A stretch of 64,000 bases of DNA from Terracidiphilus sp. (lineage in GTDB: Bacteria; Acidobacteriota; Terriglobia; Terriglobales; Acidobacteriaceae): positions 24,032 to 88,031 of the forward strand of contig JBEKUK010000004.1 in NCBI GenBank assembly GCA_049515155.1, written 5' to 3'. A program made the position numbers and the translations under genes. Positions 1-9,669 of this stretch are shown here, piece after piece (positions within the stretch are counted from its first letter, which is position 1; the number at the start of each line of letters is the position of its first letter). The notes beneath the pieces were generated by a model that saw nothing but the letters and a program-made list of their open reading frames with translations, made no database searches and was not told where the DNA came from.

Positions 1-1
1 T

Positions 2-325
2 CCCCGCTATGTGAAGCCGGAAGACGTGACCACCGAAGATCTGGAACGCGAGAAAGATATCTTTCGCGCACAGGCCGCGGCTACGGGCAAGCCTGCACCT
101 GTGATCGAGCGCATTGTGGATGGCAAGATGGCCAAGTTCTACGAGGAAGTTTGCCTGCTTGAGCAGCCTTTCATCAAGGATCAGGCCGTCAGCATCAAGG
201 AACTGATTGCGCAGAAGGTGGGCAAGCTGGGCGAAAACATCACGGTGCGCCGCTTCGCGCGCTTCAAAGTGGGCGCGTCCGACTGGACCGTGGCGCAGAC
301 CAAGGCCGTGGAAGCGGGCGAGTAG
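2..325 (+). CDS. tsf: Elongation factor Ts, C-terminal fragment (5' end lies outside the window)
   Basis: The frame of ORF 11..325 stays open back to nt 2. The translation PRYVKPEDVTTEDLEREKDIFRAQAAATGKP...DGKMAKFYEEVCLLEQPFIKD matches the conserved C-terminal part of EF-Ts. Stop TAG at 323-325; pyrH lies nearby. Confidence 0.9.
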   Translation, partial: PRYVKPEDVTTEDLEREKDIFRAQAAATGKPAPVIERIVDGKMAKFYEEVCLLEQPFIKDQAVSIKELIAQKVGKLGENITVRRFARFKVGASDWTVAQTKAVEAGE

Positions 326-444
326 CTTAAAGCGGGGACTCAGGGACTGGGACCTGCAGAACTGGGAATGGGACTGGCTCGGGGCTTTGGCTCCGGGCCT
401 TTCTTATTGGGGGACACTTGTTGCAGGCGGTCTCCTGCGAAGCC

Positions 445-1179
445 CTAGAACGACAGCTTGAATGCGACGGATGCGCCGCCCTGTTTCGCGGCGGGACCGG
501 CACCGGCTACGGGTGCGCCCACGGTCCGGTGGCTGCCGAACTCCGTGCCTGCGGAGAACATGACGCCATTGCCTAGGTTGGAATTGGTGAACATGGTGGA
601 AGACGAAAAGTGGGCCGTAGTGTCGTCGAAAATGCTGCCGAACTTGAACGCGTCTTTCGAGGAGAACTTCAGGCCGTTGGCGTAGGCGCCGGGCGCAAGC
701 GCCGTGTTCGGGCGCGCTGTCTGACCAAACGACGGAAGCGCGAAGGGAGAGACGCCAAACCGGTTCTCAGGGTTGGCTCGCCGGCCGCCAAACGCAATCG
801 GAGGTTGGGTGGGGCTTTGGTTTCGACCCACGGCGCTAAAGGGATTCTGGCTGGAGGCTCCGTGCCGGGGCGCTCCAAATTGAATGGATTTGTTGGTGTC
901 GAAGATCTGCCCGGTGAACGATGTGTCGGTCGGCGTGGAGAGGCTGGAGAATCGAGAAATATCACCGAAGGGTGCGATGGGCGTCTGCGTGAAACGCGGC
1001 ACGATTGTGGATGCGGACGATGCAGTAGAGGAAGGCAACGCGGGAACACTGGGAGCGCCGTTGCTTTCCTGAGACCGGAGCGGGCTGATTAAGCCGGCAC
1101 AGCAGAAACCCCCAAGCACCAGGGCAAGCAGCAGGCTCCGCGAAGAAGGGGCCCTTTCGAGTTGATGCCGGCAAGTCAT
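445..1179 (-). CDS. Secreted hypothetical protein, S/T/P/G/F-rich, with an aromatic C-terminus
   Basis: ORF 445..1341 trimmed to the Met at 1179, where MTCRHQLERAPSSRSLLLALVLGGFCCAGLISPLRSQ looks like a signal peptide. The mature part has repeated FG motifs and ends AFKLSF. No family recognised. Confidence 0.5.
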   Translation of the reverse strand: MTCRHQLERAPSSRSLLLALVLGGFCCAGLISPLRSQESNGAPSVPALPSSTASSASTIVPRFTQTPIAPFGDISRFSSLSTPTDTSFTGQIFDTNKSIQFGAPRHGASSQNPFSAVGRNQSPTQPPIAFGGRRANPENRFGVSPFALPSFGQTARPNTALAPGAYANGLKFSSKDAFKFGSIFDDTTAHFSSSTMFTNSNLGNGVMFSAGTEFGSHRTVGAPVAGAGPAAKQGGASVAFKLSF

Positions 1180-1379
1180 GGGAACCCCGTGCAGCGAGAA
1201 TACCCTGATTGCCTGCGCTGCGCCAGTGACAAATCGATGAGATGCCGGGGACTGGTTCAATGTGCGGGGAATTCGCAAAATCTGCCCTGGGAATTTTCGA
1301 AAACAGGCGATTCTCGCCGGTTGGCGCGCACTTCTGTTCAAGGCTGCCTCAGCATCCGTTATGCGATACTCGAAGAGGC

Positions 1380-2084
1380 ATGTACAAGCGCATTGTTCTC
1401 AAGCTTTCGGGCGAAGTTTTGGCAGGCCCGCGCGGTTTTGGCCTGGACTCTGAAAAAGTTACCGCGATTACCGACGAGATTGTCGATGTGCACGCGTTGG
1501 GTGTTGAGATCGGCGTGGTCGTTGGCGGGGGTAATATCTTTCGCGGCGTGGCTAAACAGGCCAGGGAAATGGACCGCGTGAGCGCAGACAACATGGGCAT
1601 GCTTTCCACCGTGATCAACGCCATCGCCATGCAGGACGCGATCGAGCGCCGCGGCGTGCAGTGCCGCGTGATGAGCGCAGTGTTCATGAACCAGGTGGCC
1701 GAGCCGTATATTCGCCGCAGGGCGGTGCGCCATCTCGAAAAGGGCCGCGTGGTCATTTTCGCCGCCGGCATTGGCAATCCATTTTTCTCGTCCGACACGG
1801 CGGCCAGCCTGCGTGCCATGGAGATCAAAGCCGACGTGCTGCTGAAGGCCACCAAGGTCGAAGGGGTTTACAACGCCGATCCGGTACTCGATAAGGACGC
1901 AGTGAAGTATGACGAGATTACCTATATGGAGATACTGCGCCAGGGGCTGAAGGTCATGGATCTGACGGCGGTCAGCCTTTGCAAAGATAACAACCTTCCC
2001 ATGATCATCTTCAACATGAATCACCCCGGGAATATCCGTCGGGTGGTGATGGGCGAGAAGGTTGGCTCGCTGGTGAGGGCGTAG
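1380..2084 (+). CDS. pyrH: Uridylate (UMP) kinase
   Basis: ATG at 1380. [16 protein letters not shown]...[10 protein letters not shown]...[19 protein letters not shown] are typical UMP kinase motifs. Located in the tsf neighbourhood. Confidence 0.93.
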   Translation: MYKRIVLKLSGEVLAGPRGFGLDSEKVTAITDEIVDVHALGVEIGVVVGGGNIFRGVAKQAREMDRVSADNMGMLSTVINAIAMQDAIERRGVQCRVMSAVFMNQVAEPYIRRRAVRHLEKGRVVIFAAGIGNPFFSSDTAASLRAMEIKADVLLKATKVEGVYNADPVLDKDAVKYDEITYMEILRQGLKVMDLTAVSLCKDNNLPMIIFNMNHPGNIRRVVMGEKVGSLVRA

Positions 2085-2184
2085 CAGCGGCATTCAGCTT
2101 TCAGCTAGGGTTGTACAGGTTGGAAGTTTGAGGGTCATGTCTGGATTCCGGAAGCTCGAAGCCTGAGATGGCGTCTAATTACCA

Positions 2185-3336
2185 GTGGAAATGCGCAAGC
2201 CAGCACGACTGAATGGATTGACGGGGCTGCGCACATTCGCGGCTATCAACATCGTCTTCTTCCATTTCTCGAACCCAAAATGTTTTGGCTGGTTCGCCCC
2301 GGTCGTCAATGCCGGCTACGCGTCCGTGAGTTTTTTCATTCTCTTGTCGGGGTTTGTACTGGCGTACAACTACGCGGGCCGTGCACGCAATGGAGAACTG
2401 AACAAGGGCCGATTCTGGGAAGCGCGGTTCACGCGGCTCTATCCCATCTATTTTTTAAGTTTGCTGTTGAGTTGGCGGATGGTGCCGGTGGAGCACGTCG
2501 CGCATACACACGCCATGTTCTGGACAGGGATGGTGCTGTCGCCGCTGTTGCTGCAAGGCTGGATTCCGGAGATTGCGACGTTTTTGAATACGCCGGCGTG
2601 GACCATGTCTGCCGAGGCTGCTTACTACATGGCTTTCCCGTGGCTCGCCAAAGCGAAGCGGCCGGAGCGGGTGGGTCCGCAACTGGCGAAGATGGCAGTC
2701 GTCTGGGGAATTGGCCTGATTCCTGGCACGCTGTACATTGTGTTCAATCCCGATGGCATTGCGCACCCGGACCGGTGGAGCTATGGGCCGTGGCTCCAGG
2801 TGCTGAAGTACACGCCGTGGCCGCATCTTGCCAGCTTCGTCTTCGGGGTGATGCTGGCGAATCTGGATGAACTTGTGCCGCGTGCCGGGTGGCTCCGGTT
2901 GATGCTGGGCGTGGGGGGATTTGCCGGAACGTTCTTCATCCTTTGGCTTGGCGGGCAGATTCCTTACGCTATCGTTCACGACGGCCTGTTGATGCCGCTT
3001 TTCGGGTGCATCATCCTCGGACTAGCGGGAGAGAACTGGCTGGCGTGGGGTATGGGCTGGCGGCCGCTCGTGTTTGTGGGTGAAGCAAGCTATTGTCTTT
3101 ATCTTCTGCACTTCAATTTGTGGAATCTAATCCATGATTCGCATGTGCTGGAGCGGACAGGCCTGATCCGCTTCGATCCCTGGATCAGTTACGTACTCCT
3201 GATTGCCATGGCATTGCTGGCGCTGCATCTCATCGAGAAGCCCGCACAGCGGCTGCTTCGCAAGTGGATGGGCGTGACCACGGTGGTGAAGGAGCGACGG
3301 ATGGCGATGGCGAGTGCGGATAAAGATGGGCCCTGA
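2185..3336 (+). CDS. Acyltransferase family 3 (OafA-like) integral membrane protein
   Basis: GLTGLRTFAAINIVFFHF near the N-terminus and about 10 hydrophobic segments, the typical acyltransferase_3 layout. The start is GTG 2185 or ATG 2191. Confidence 0.82.
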   Translation: MEMRKPARLNGLTGLRTFAAINIVFFHFSNPKCFGWFAPVVNAGYASVSFFILLSGFVLAYNYAGRARNGELNKGRFWEARFTRLYPIYFLSLLLSWRMVPVEHVAHTHAMFWTGMVLSPLLLQGWIPEIATFLNTPAWTMSAEAAYYMAFPWLAKAKRPERVGPQLAKMAVVWGIGLIPGTLYIVFNPDGIAHPDRWSYGPWLQVLKYTPWPHLASFVFGVMLANLDELVPRAGWLRLMLGVGGFAGTFFILWLGGQIPYAIVHDGLLMPLFGCIILGLAGENWLAWGMGWRPLVFVGEASYCLYLLHFNLWNLIHDSHVLERTGLIRFDPWISYVLLIAMALLALHLIEKPAQRLLRKWMGVTTVVKERRMAMASADKDGP

Positions 3337-3492
3337 ACCGGTCGCGCATTGACGAATGGCCTGGCCATAAATCACCATCGACTTGATTTACAACCGGATG
3401 CGCGGCTCCCACTGTGGAGGGCAGGGAAGAATCCCGCATCGAAAACGGGCACGGCAGTCTCAAATAGAAAAGGGTCAAACCGGGGGAATCTG

Positions 3493-4467
3493 ATGGCAGC
3501 GGTCGAGTTCGGTTTTCTGCATGGACAACTGGAGGAGCGGAAGCGTCGGCTGGAGGAGGCGCTTGTCTTCACACCGCAGAATTCTGACCTGACCGGTTTG
3601 CTGCGCGAAGTCGATTCCGCTCTGGACCGCATGGCCGGCGGCACATACGGTTTGTGCATTGAGTGCCACGACTCGATCGAACGAGATCGCTTGCTCGCTG
3701 ACCCGCTGGTGCAATACTGCCTTGATCACCTGACCCGGAAGGAACGGGCCGCGCTGCAGCGCGATCTCGACCTTGCTTCACAGATGCAGCGCAACCTGCT
3801 GCCGCAAAAGGGCCTGTGTGTGGGTGGCTGGGAGACGAGCTACCACTTCGCGCCCCTTGGAGCGGTCAGCGGCGACTATTGCGACTTGATCCCGTCGGAT
3901 GGACAACTCCTTTTCCTATTGGGCGACGTTTCCGGCAAGGGCGTGGCCGCCTCAATGTTGATGGCACAACTGCATGCCTTATTCCGCAGCCTCAGCCAGA
4001 TGGCTTTACCGCTAGGAGAGATCGTCACGCACGTCAACCGCTTTTTCTGCGAAAGCGTGCTGGCGGGGCAGTACGCGACGCTGGTGTGCGGGCTGGCCAA
4101 GTCGACCGGAGAAGTGGAAATTCACAATGCAGGCCATTGCCCGGCGATCGTTGCCGGGCGCGACGACGTGTACCGAATCGAGTCGACCGGTATGCCGCTG
4201 GGGATGTTCCGGGATACTGAGTTTTGCGCCAAGCGCGTACAGCTCGAACCCGGCGACACGCTTTTCCTTTACACTGACGGCCTCTCCGAGGCCAGCAATG
4301 AGAGCGATGAGTACGGTGTGGATCGCGTCATCTCCCTGGTGCGCAAGCAAGCTACGCGTCAACCGGCCGAATTGATCTCGGCTTGCCTTGACGATGTGCG
4401 TGCCTTCACCAAGGGCGGGCCCGGCTTTGACGATTTGACCGTATTGGCCGTTCGCCGCTGCAATTAG
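3493..4467 (+). CDS. PP2C/SpoIIE-family serine phosphatase with an N-terminal DksA/TraR-type zinc-finger region
   Basis: ATG at 3493. The N-terminus has a coiled-coil plus GTYGLCIECHDSIERDRLLADPLVQYCLDH (CxxC-x17-CxxH). The C-terminus has SGDYCDLIP...FLLGDVSGKGVAASMLMAQL...LYTDGLSE..DDLTVLAV, which are PPM/SpoIIE motifs. Confidence 0.85.
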   Translation: MAAVEFGFLHGQLEERKRRLEEALVFTPQNSDLTGLLREVDSALDRMAGGTYGLCIECHDSIERDRLLADPLVQYCLDHLTRKERAALQRDLDLASQMQRNLLPQKGLCVGGWETSYHFAPLGAVSGDYCDLIPSDGQLLFLLGDVSGKGVAASMLMAQLHALFRSLSQMALPLGEIVTHVNRFFCESVLAGQYATLVCGLAKSTGEVEIHNAGHCPAIVAGRDDVYRIESTGMPLGMFRDTEFCAKRVQLEPGDTLFLYTDGLSEASNESDEYGVDRVISLVRKQATRQPAELISACLDDVRAFTKGGPGFDDLTVLAVRRCN

Positions 4468-4686
4468 CCCCTTTCCGTTCAAAAAAAGAGCCAGGCTGCC
4501 TAAGGGGGCCACGAGGTCTGGGTCTTCATGGCGAAGATCAACACAACCTTCGGGCGGCGCCTGCCCATCATAGACAAAGCTGTAGCGGAAACACCGCGCA
4601 CCACCGGACAGACGAACGGATCAACATGCCGGGACGTCGAAGCCCACATTTAGGCGCACGCTTAACTTTTTCTGAGGAGATGGAAC

Positions 4687-5331
4687 ATGGCGAAGGGTAC
4701 AGCAGTTTTTGGTCTTTATGCCACTCCCAACCTGGCTGAAAACGCGGTCGATCATCTTTTGGCCCTGGGATTCAACAACACAGACATATCCGTTCTACTG
4801 CCTGACGACGAAACATCCCGATCGTTTGCGCACGAGAAGCACACCAAGGCTCCGGAGGGGACGGCGACAGGCGCAACCGCTGGTGGAGTGATTGGCGGTA
4901 CGCTGGGACTGCTTGCCGGCATTGGGATGCTGGCCGTGCCGGGCGTCGGTCCGCTGATTGCTGCGGGCCCGATTGTCGCTGCGTTGGCCGGGGTTGGCGC
5001 CGGGGGGACATTGGGCGGGATCGTTGGCGCCCTTGTCGGGATGGGCATTCCGGAATACGAAGCCAAGCGCTATGAAGGCGCCGTGAAGGGCGGCGGAACG
5101 CTGCTATCGGTCCACTGCGAAACGCGGGAGAAAGCGACAATCGCCACCAAGGCATTGCGCGACACGGGAGCCCGCGACATTGCTTCGTCTGGCGAAGAGA
5201 GCTCGGGGGGCGAAACGGTTGTGGTGGGCGAGAGTGGAGATGAATTGCAACGGGCCTACCGGCGCGACAGCGGATCGCGCAGCACAGGCGAGCCGGTGGA
5301 CGAGTTGGAGAACGCCTACCTTCGCAAGTGA
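4687..5331 (+). CDS. Glycine-zipper membrane/general-stress-like protein
   Basis: GAGGAG RBS 7 nt upstream of the ATG. The N-terminus VFGLYATPNLAENAVDHLLALGF resembles a YflT-like stress domain. The G/A-rich segment GGVIGGTLGLLAGIGMLAVPGVGPLIAAGPIVAALAGVGAGG is followed by GIPEYEAKRYEGAVKGGGTLLSVH. Confidence 0.7.
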   Translation: MAKGTAVFGLYATPNLAENAVDHLLALGFNNTDISVLLPDDETSRSFAHEKHTKAPEGTATGATAGGVIGGTLGLLAGIGMLAVPGVGPLIAAGPIVAALAGVGAGGTLGGIVGALVGMGIPEYEAKRYEGAVKGGGTLLSVHCETREKATIATKALRDTGARDIASSGEESSGGETVVVGESGDELQRAYRRDSGSRSTGEPVDELENAYLRK

Positions 5332-5401
5332 TCTAGGCCGCGTGAGCCGGCGGACCGATTCAGAGTGAGTTATGAAGAGCGCCGGCAATGGCGCGGAAAC
5401 G

Positions 5402-5436
5402 AAAAAGCCCAGCTTCCGAAGCTGGGCTTTTTCGTT
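5402..5436. terminator. Bidirectional intrinsic terminator between convergent genes
   Basis: Stem gcccagctt (5407-5415), loop ccg, stem aagctgggc (5419-5427). An A-run lies on the 5' side and a T-run on the 3' side, so it can terminate both strands. Confidence 0.65.
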
Positions 5437-5450
5437 TCAGTCATTTTCAA

Positions 5451-6662
5451 TTACGGGCTGACAGTTTGAATGGAATGGTTGCCGTGTGGCACCGCGGCCA
5501 GCGCCGTGGGTGTATCCCCCACCGGATAGGGCGTTGACAGGGTGGGTGTCAGCGCGCCCGTGGTGGGGTTGATCTTGAAACCGGAGATTGAATTGCCCAG
5601 AGTGTTGGCCGTGTAAACGAAGCGCCCGAGTGCGGGATCGACAACTACCGCAACCGGGGTTGTATCGGTGTAGTTGAGCTGCGTGCCTGTAACGTTCACA
5701 GCGGCCGAGGGCGTTCCGGTGGTCAGATCGATGACATACGCCGACAGAGTCGAGTCGAGCCGATTGGGGATGTACATGTATTTCCCGCGCGGATCGATAA
5801 CTGCGGCGATCGGTTCGTTTCCGGTCTTGAAGGGGCCATTGATCAGGAAGTTGAGGGTACTGCCGCTCTGAATCGTGTAGCCGATGACTTCGCTGGACGC
5901 GAAGTCGCTGACGTAGACGAAGCGGTTGGTGGGATCGCTGACCAATGCGGACGGCTTGACCCCGGCTTCGTAGGGGCTGTTCGTGGAAGCGGTGAGCGCT
6001 CCACCGGATCCGACTGTGTAACCGAAGACCCATCCGGGATTGGCGGTGCTGGTCGTGGCGCCACCCGGATTATAGGCCGATTGATCGTAGGCCGAGACAA
6101 AGACCGCACCATTGTTGGCGAGGACGTTGACTCCGGTGGGGACGATCGTGTCGGCGGCGAAGCTGGGCAGGCTCAACGTGACCTGAGCCGCGATGGAGCC
6201 GATAGTGCCGCTCGACAGGGAGTACTCCGTGAGAACGGAGGGATTCGGGCCGGAGACGACATACAGGTAGGTTTGGGCCGTATTCACGGCAACCCACACG
6301 GGCGTCGCGCTTGTGGTGACGACGTCTTTTTGACTGAGAATGCCATTACCCGCGATGGCGAAATGGACGATGTTATTGCTGCCCTGGTTGACGACGTAGA
6401 GATTGGAGTAATCGGCGGTGGTCGTCATGGCAACGGGATTCACCCCGCCGCTCGGAATGACTGGCTGGCCGGACCGCAGGGCTCCTGTTTCCGAGTCGGC
6501 ATCGTAGGTCTGGATCTGACCGGCGCTTCCCGATCCCGAGCCTGAAGAATCGGCAACGAAGACGTAGTCGATGGTGACATACGCACAGGACGTCAGGAGT
6601 GAGGCGACCGCGAGGCCAAGAATAGAGACCAGGAAAAGCTGGCTCGTTTTGTTCAACTTCAT
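5451..6662 (-). CDS. Lipoprotein, lactonase-type 7-bladed beta-propeller family (paralogue 1 of 3)
   Basis: Signal peptide with lipobox LLTSC. Repeated blades of the type LYVVNQGSNNIVHFAI, FVYVSDFASSEVIGYTI, YMYIPNRLDSTLSAYVI and FVYTANTLGNSISGFKI. Confidence 0.8.
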   Translation of the reverse strand: MKLNKTSQLFLVSILGLAVASLLTSCAYVTIDYVFVADSSGSGSGSAGQIQTYDADSETGALRSGQPVIPSGGVNPVAMTTTADYSNLYVVNQGSNNIVHFAIAGNGILSQKDVVTTSATPVWVAVNTAQTYLYVVSGPNPSVLTEYSLSSGTIGSIAAQVTLSLPSFAADTIVPTGVNVLANNGAVFVSAYDQSAYNPGGATTSTANPGWVFGYTVGSGGALTASTNSPYEAGVKPSALVSDPTNRFVYVSDFASSEVIGYTIQSGSTLNFLINGPFKTGNEPIAAVIDPRGKYMYIPNRLDSTLSAYVIDLTTGTPSAAVNVTGTQLNYTDTTPVAVVVDPALGRFVYTANTLGNSISGFKINPTTGALTPTLSTPYPVGDTPTALAAVPHGNHSIQTVSP

Positions 6663-6808
6663 GCGCTTCCTTCGTGAAGGGCCGCGTTCTTCAGGCCCAG
6701 GAAAACTCGTTTAGGTTGCCCCGCATTCAATTGTAAAAGCCTGTTACGGGGTGTTGCTCTTGCATCCATTAGGCAGCGCTGGTGTCGGCACTGCCACGCC
6801 AAACCCTG

Positions 6809-8050
6809 TTATTTCGAAGTGCTTGTGCTCCCGTGCGTGATAGCGACGATCGCCGTAGGCAGCGCGTCCACCGTATACGGAGAGTTCTGCGAATTGACGA
6901 GCGTACCGGCAGTGGGGCTTAGCTCAAAGCCTGAAACCGTTCCGTTGGTAATGGTGCCAAGGTAGTTGGCGGAATAGAGAAAGTGGTTCGTTGAAGGATC
7001 GATGCCGATGGCCACGGGTTGATTGCCGGTGGCATAGGTGCCGACAGCCGAGAGCTCTCCGTCGTTGAGCGAATATGCCGCAATCGTGTTGTCGATCGAA
7101 TTGGCAACATAAACAAATGGATATTTCGGATCGGCGACAATGGCGTCAGGCTGATTGCCCGCGGCAAACGGGCTGCCCGCGAGAAACGTGAGCTGGCCGG
7201 CGGAAGCGATGGAATAGCCGAGGACGTTGGCGCTGCCCTTGTCGGTGACATAGAGGTAGGCGCTGGACGGGTCGCTGGTGACAGCGGAAGGATGAACACC
7301 GGCAGGGAAGGGAATGCCGCCGTTGAGCGGTGTCAGGCCGCTATTGGCATTGGCCGCGAAACCGAAGACGTATCCAACATTCGGAGTTACCGACGCGTCG
7401 TAAGCGGTGACGTAGACAAAGGCGCCGGTGGGCGTGACGCCGATGCCCGTAGGCACGATCACGTCGGCCGGGCTCGAGGGCAGGCCTATCGGCCAGTAGG
7501 CGAGGTTTCCATTCGTGAGCGGCGTGCCCAGTGAATCGCTTGGCGGCGATCCGGAACCGACGGTGATCGGAAACACGCCGACCGAACCTGAGCATGGAGC
7601 AGCTGCGGAACAGGCGGCAAGCGGTTGATAGGTGTCGACCACGTAAAGGTTCGTGCCGTTGACGGCGACTGCCATGGGATAGATCCCCGGTGTATTCACG
7701 GTGGCCTGGGGATAGACCTTGCCATCGTTGCCGATCACGAATTGAACGATGGTGTTGTCGTCCTGGTTGACAACGTAAAGGTTCGACTGGTCGGCGGAGA
7801 CAGCTTCGGCCACAGGGTTGCGTCCGCCGGAAGGAAACGGCGAAGTGGGGATGTGGCGCATATATCCCGATTCGGAGTTGATTTCGAGGACATCGATCTC
7901 GCCGTAGTTATTGGTTCCTGCAGCTTTTGAACTGGTTACGAAGACAAAGTCCACCGTCAGCGTGGAGCAAGCGGAAACAAGTCCAGACACCAGAAGGCCA
8001 GCCGCGGAGACCAACAAGAGCTGGCTCGATTTGTTGAACTTCATGCGCAT
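6809..8050 (-). CDS. Lipoprotein, lactonase-type beta-propeller family (paralogue 2 of 3)
   Basis: MKFNKSSQLLLVSAAGLLVSGLVSAC (lipobox). Blades LYVVNQDDNTIVQFVI, YLYVTDKGSANVLGYSI, FVYVANSIDNTIAAYSL and FLYSANYLG..VSGFEL. The start is 8050 or 8044. Confidence 0.8.
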   Translation of the reverse strand: MRMKFNKSSQLLLVSAAGLLVSGLVSACSTLTVDFVFVTSSKAAGTNNYGEIDVLEINSESGYMRHIPTSPFPSGGRNPVAEAVSADQSNLYVVNQDDNTIVQFVIGNDGKVYPQATVNTPGIYPMAVAVNGTNLYVVDTYQPLAACSAAAPCSGSVGVFPITVGSGSPPSDSLGTPLTNGNLAYWPIGLPSSPADVIVPTGIGVTPTGAFVYVTAYDASVTPNVGYVFGFAANANSGLTPLNGGIPFPAGVHPSAVTSDPSSAYLYVTDKGSANVLGYSIASAGQLTFLAGSPFAAGNQPDAIVADPKYPFVYVANSIDNTIAAYSLNDGELSAVGTYATGNQPVAIGIDPSTNHFLYSANYLGTITNGTVSGFELSPTAGTLVNSQNSPYTVDALPTAIVAITHGSTSTSK

Positions 8051-8352
8051 CTTTCGTCAGGGGGCCGATTCATCAAGCCCCGAAAAATCTGGTTTGGAAT
8101 CGAACGAGGGCGGAACGAGTGTTGATCCAGGCCCAGCATCCGGCTACGTTCGTAAAGACTACAAGAAAACATTTGAAACCCGGCCGGGGTGAGCCCGTTG
8201 ACTGTAACCCGGCCCGGTGCGAAGCGAATTGTCGATCGGCGCCTTGAGCTTGATTTCCCGCGTCTTTCCGGATTGGGCTGCGGAGGCTTCAGAACTCACG
8301 AAGAAGTCATCAGCTTGCAGCGGGCCGGCAACACGGCGGGAAACAAGGCGCA

Positions 8353-9669
8353 TCAGTTGGTGCGTCCGTCGACCAGGCACCATGTGGCCGGGCCTTGCAG
8401 CGCATAGGTCTTATTGACGCGCAGGTTGTTCAACACCCCAGAGTTGGGATCAACCACACGGCCTGAGACGGAGGAGTCGTTGTAGTCGGCAGAGTAGATG
8501 AACTGGTCTGAGGGGTCCTCGACGAGGCATTGCGGGCCCGAACCGGATCCGAAAGGCTCACCGGCGATGAAGCTGAGCTGGTGCGTGGAGGGATCGATGA
8601 CATATCCGGCCAGACCACTGTCGCTGTTGGTGCCCTGCACGTTGTTGCCTTGATTGGCAACGTAGAGGAATTTGCCCTTGGATTCAACCAGCAGCACGAT
8701 CGGGTTGGCGAGGGTGGTATCGTCGGGAACAACGCCGCCGGTCTGGGCCTGGAGCGCTCCGCCGGTTCCAACCGTGAAGGGAAGAATCTGGCTTGTTGCA
8801 CCCGTTCCACTAACATCGGTCCCCTCGTTGTCGAGGACGTAAAGATAACCCGAACCCGTACCGAGGGCCGTGCCTTGGAAAATGCCGAGCGGCTGGGCGC
8901 TGTTCTGGTTGATGGTCAACTGGCCGTTCGACGTGCTGTACGTGTAGGGAAAGATCGAATCGCCTGTGGTTGAATTGCCGGCCAGCGTCAGCAGATATCC
9001 CGAAGCGATGTTGAAGTCAATGGGATTGGCCGGGACCGGAAAGTAGGGTAGCGCCGTTCCGTTCGCCGCGGTCACCTGGGCATTCACAATCAGCGAAAGA
9101 CGTCCAGTGGTCTGGTTCACGGTGAAAGCCGTGACGTCGCCGCATGCGGTTGTGCCCGTACCCAGCGCCAATGCGCAAGCGGCGTTGCTGGGCGCGTCGT
9201 GGTCAAGCACGTACAAAAAATTTCCTGAAGAATCGCCGAGAATCCTGAAAGGATTGGTGCCCTGGGTATAGAAGGTTTCCTGCGCGGTGAGAATGCCGTT
9301 GCCACCGACTGCGAACTCCTGAATGTTGGAGTTCTGGCAGGGGTCGGCGGTGGTGCAATCGGCGCCGCCTGAAGAATTGACGCCGCGGTTCAAAACGTAG
9401 ATGAATTTGCTGCCTACGGTGAGAATGGCGCGCACCGGATTGGCTCCGCCAGAAGAAATGGGCAATCCATCGATCGGATTGAGTTTTCCGGTGTTGTGGT
9501 CGATATCGAAGCCGCTGATAATGCCGTTGCCTGAGTTCTGAGACGTCACTGTTCCCGTCACGTACAAATAACCCACTGTGTAACTTTCAACGCAAGACGT
9601 CACGCCGAGGAACACCGCACCGGAAAGGGCGCTCATCAGAAGTGCCTTGCTCAATTTCGTAAACTTCAT
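8353..9669 (-). CDS. Lipoprotein, lactonase-type beta-propeller family (paralogue 3 of 3)
   Basis: MKFTKLSKALLMSALSGAVFLGVTSC (lipobox). Blades IYVLNRGVNSS, FLYVLDHDAPS, YLYVLDNEGTD, FLYVANQGNNV and FIYSADYNDSSVSGRVV. Confidence 0.8.
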   Translation of the reverse strand: MKFTKLSKALLMSALSGAVFLGVTSCVESYTVGYLYVTGTVTSQNSGNGIISGFDIDHNTGKLNPIDGLPISSGGANPVRAILTVGSKFIYVLNRGVNSSGGADCTTADPCQNSNIQEFAVGGNGILTAQETFYTQGTNPFRILGDSSGNFLYVLDHDAPSNAACALALGTGTTACGDVTAFTVNQTTGRLSLIVNAQVTAANGTALPYFPVPANPIDFNIASGYLLTLAGNSTTGDSIFPYTYSTSNGQLTINQNSAQPLGIFQGTALGTGSGYLYVLDNEGTDVSGTGATSQILPFTVGTGGALQAQTGGVVPDDTTLANPIVLLVESKGKFLYVANQGNNVQGTNSDSGLAGYVIDPSTHQLSFIAGEPFGSGSGPQCLVEDPSDQFIYSADYNDSSVSGRVVDPNSGVLNNLRVNKTYALQGPATWCLVDGRTN

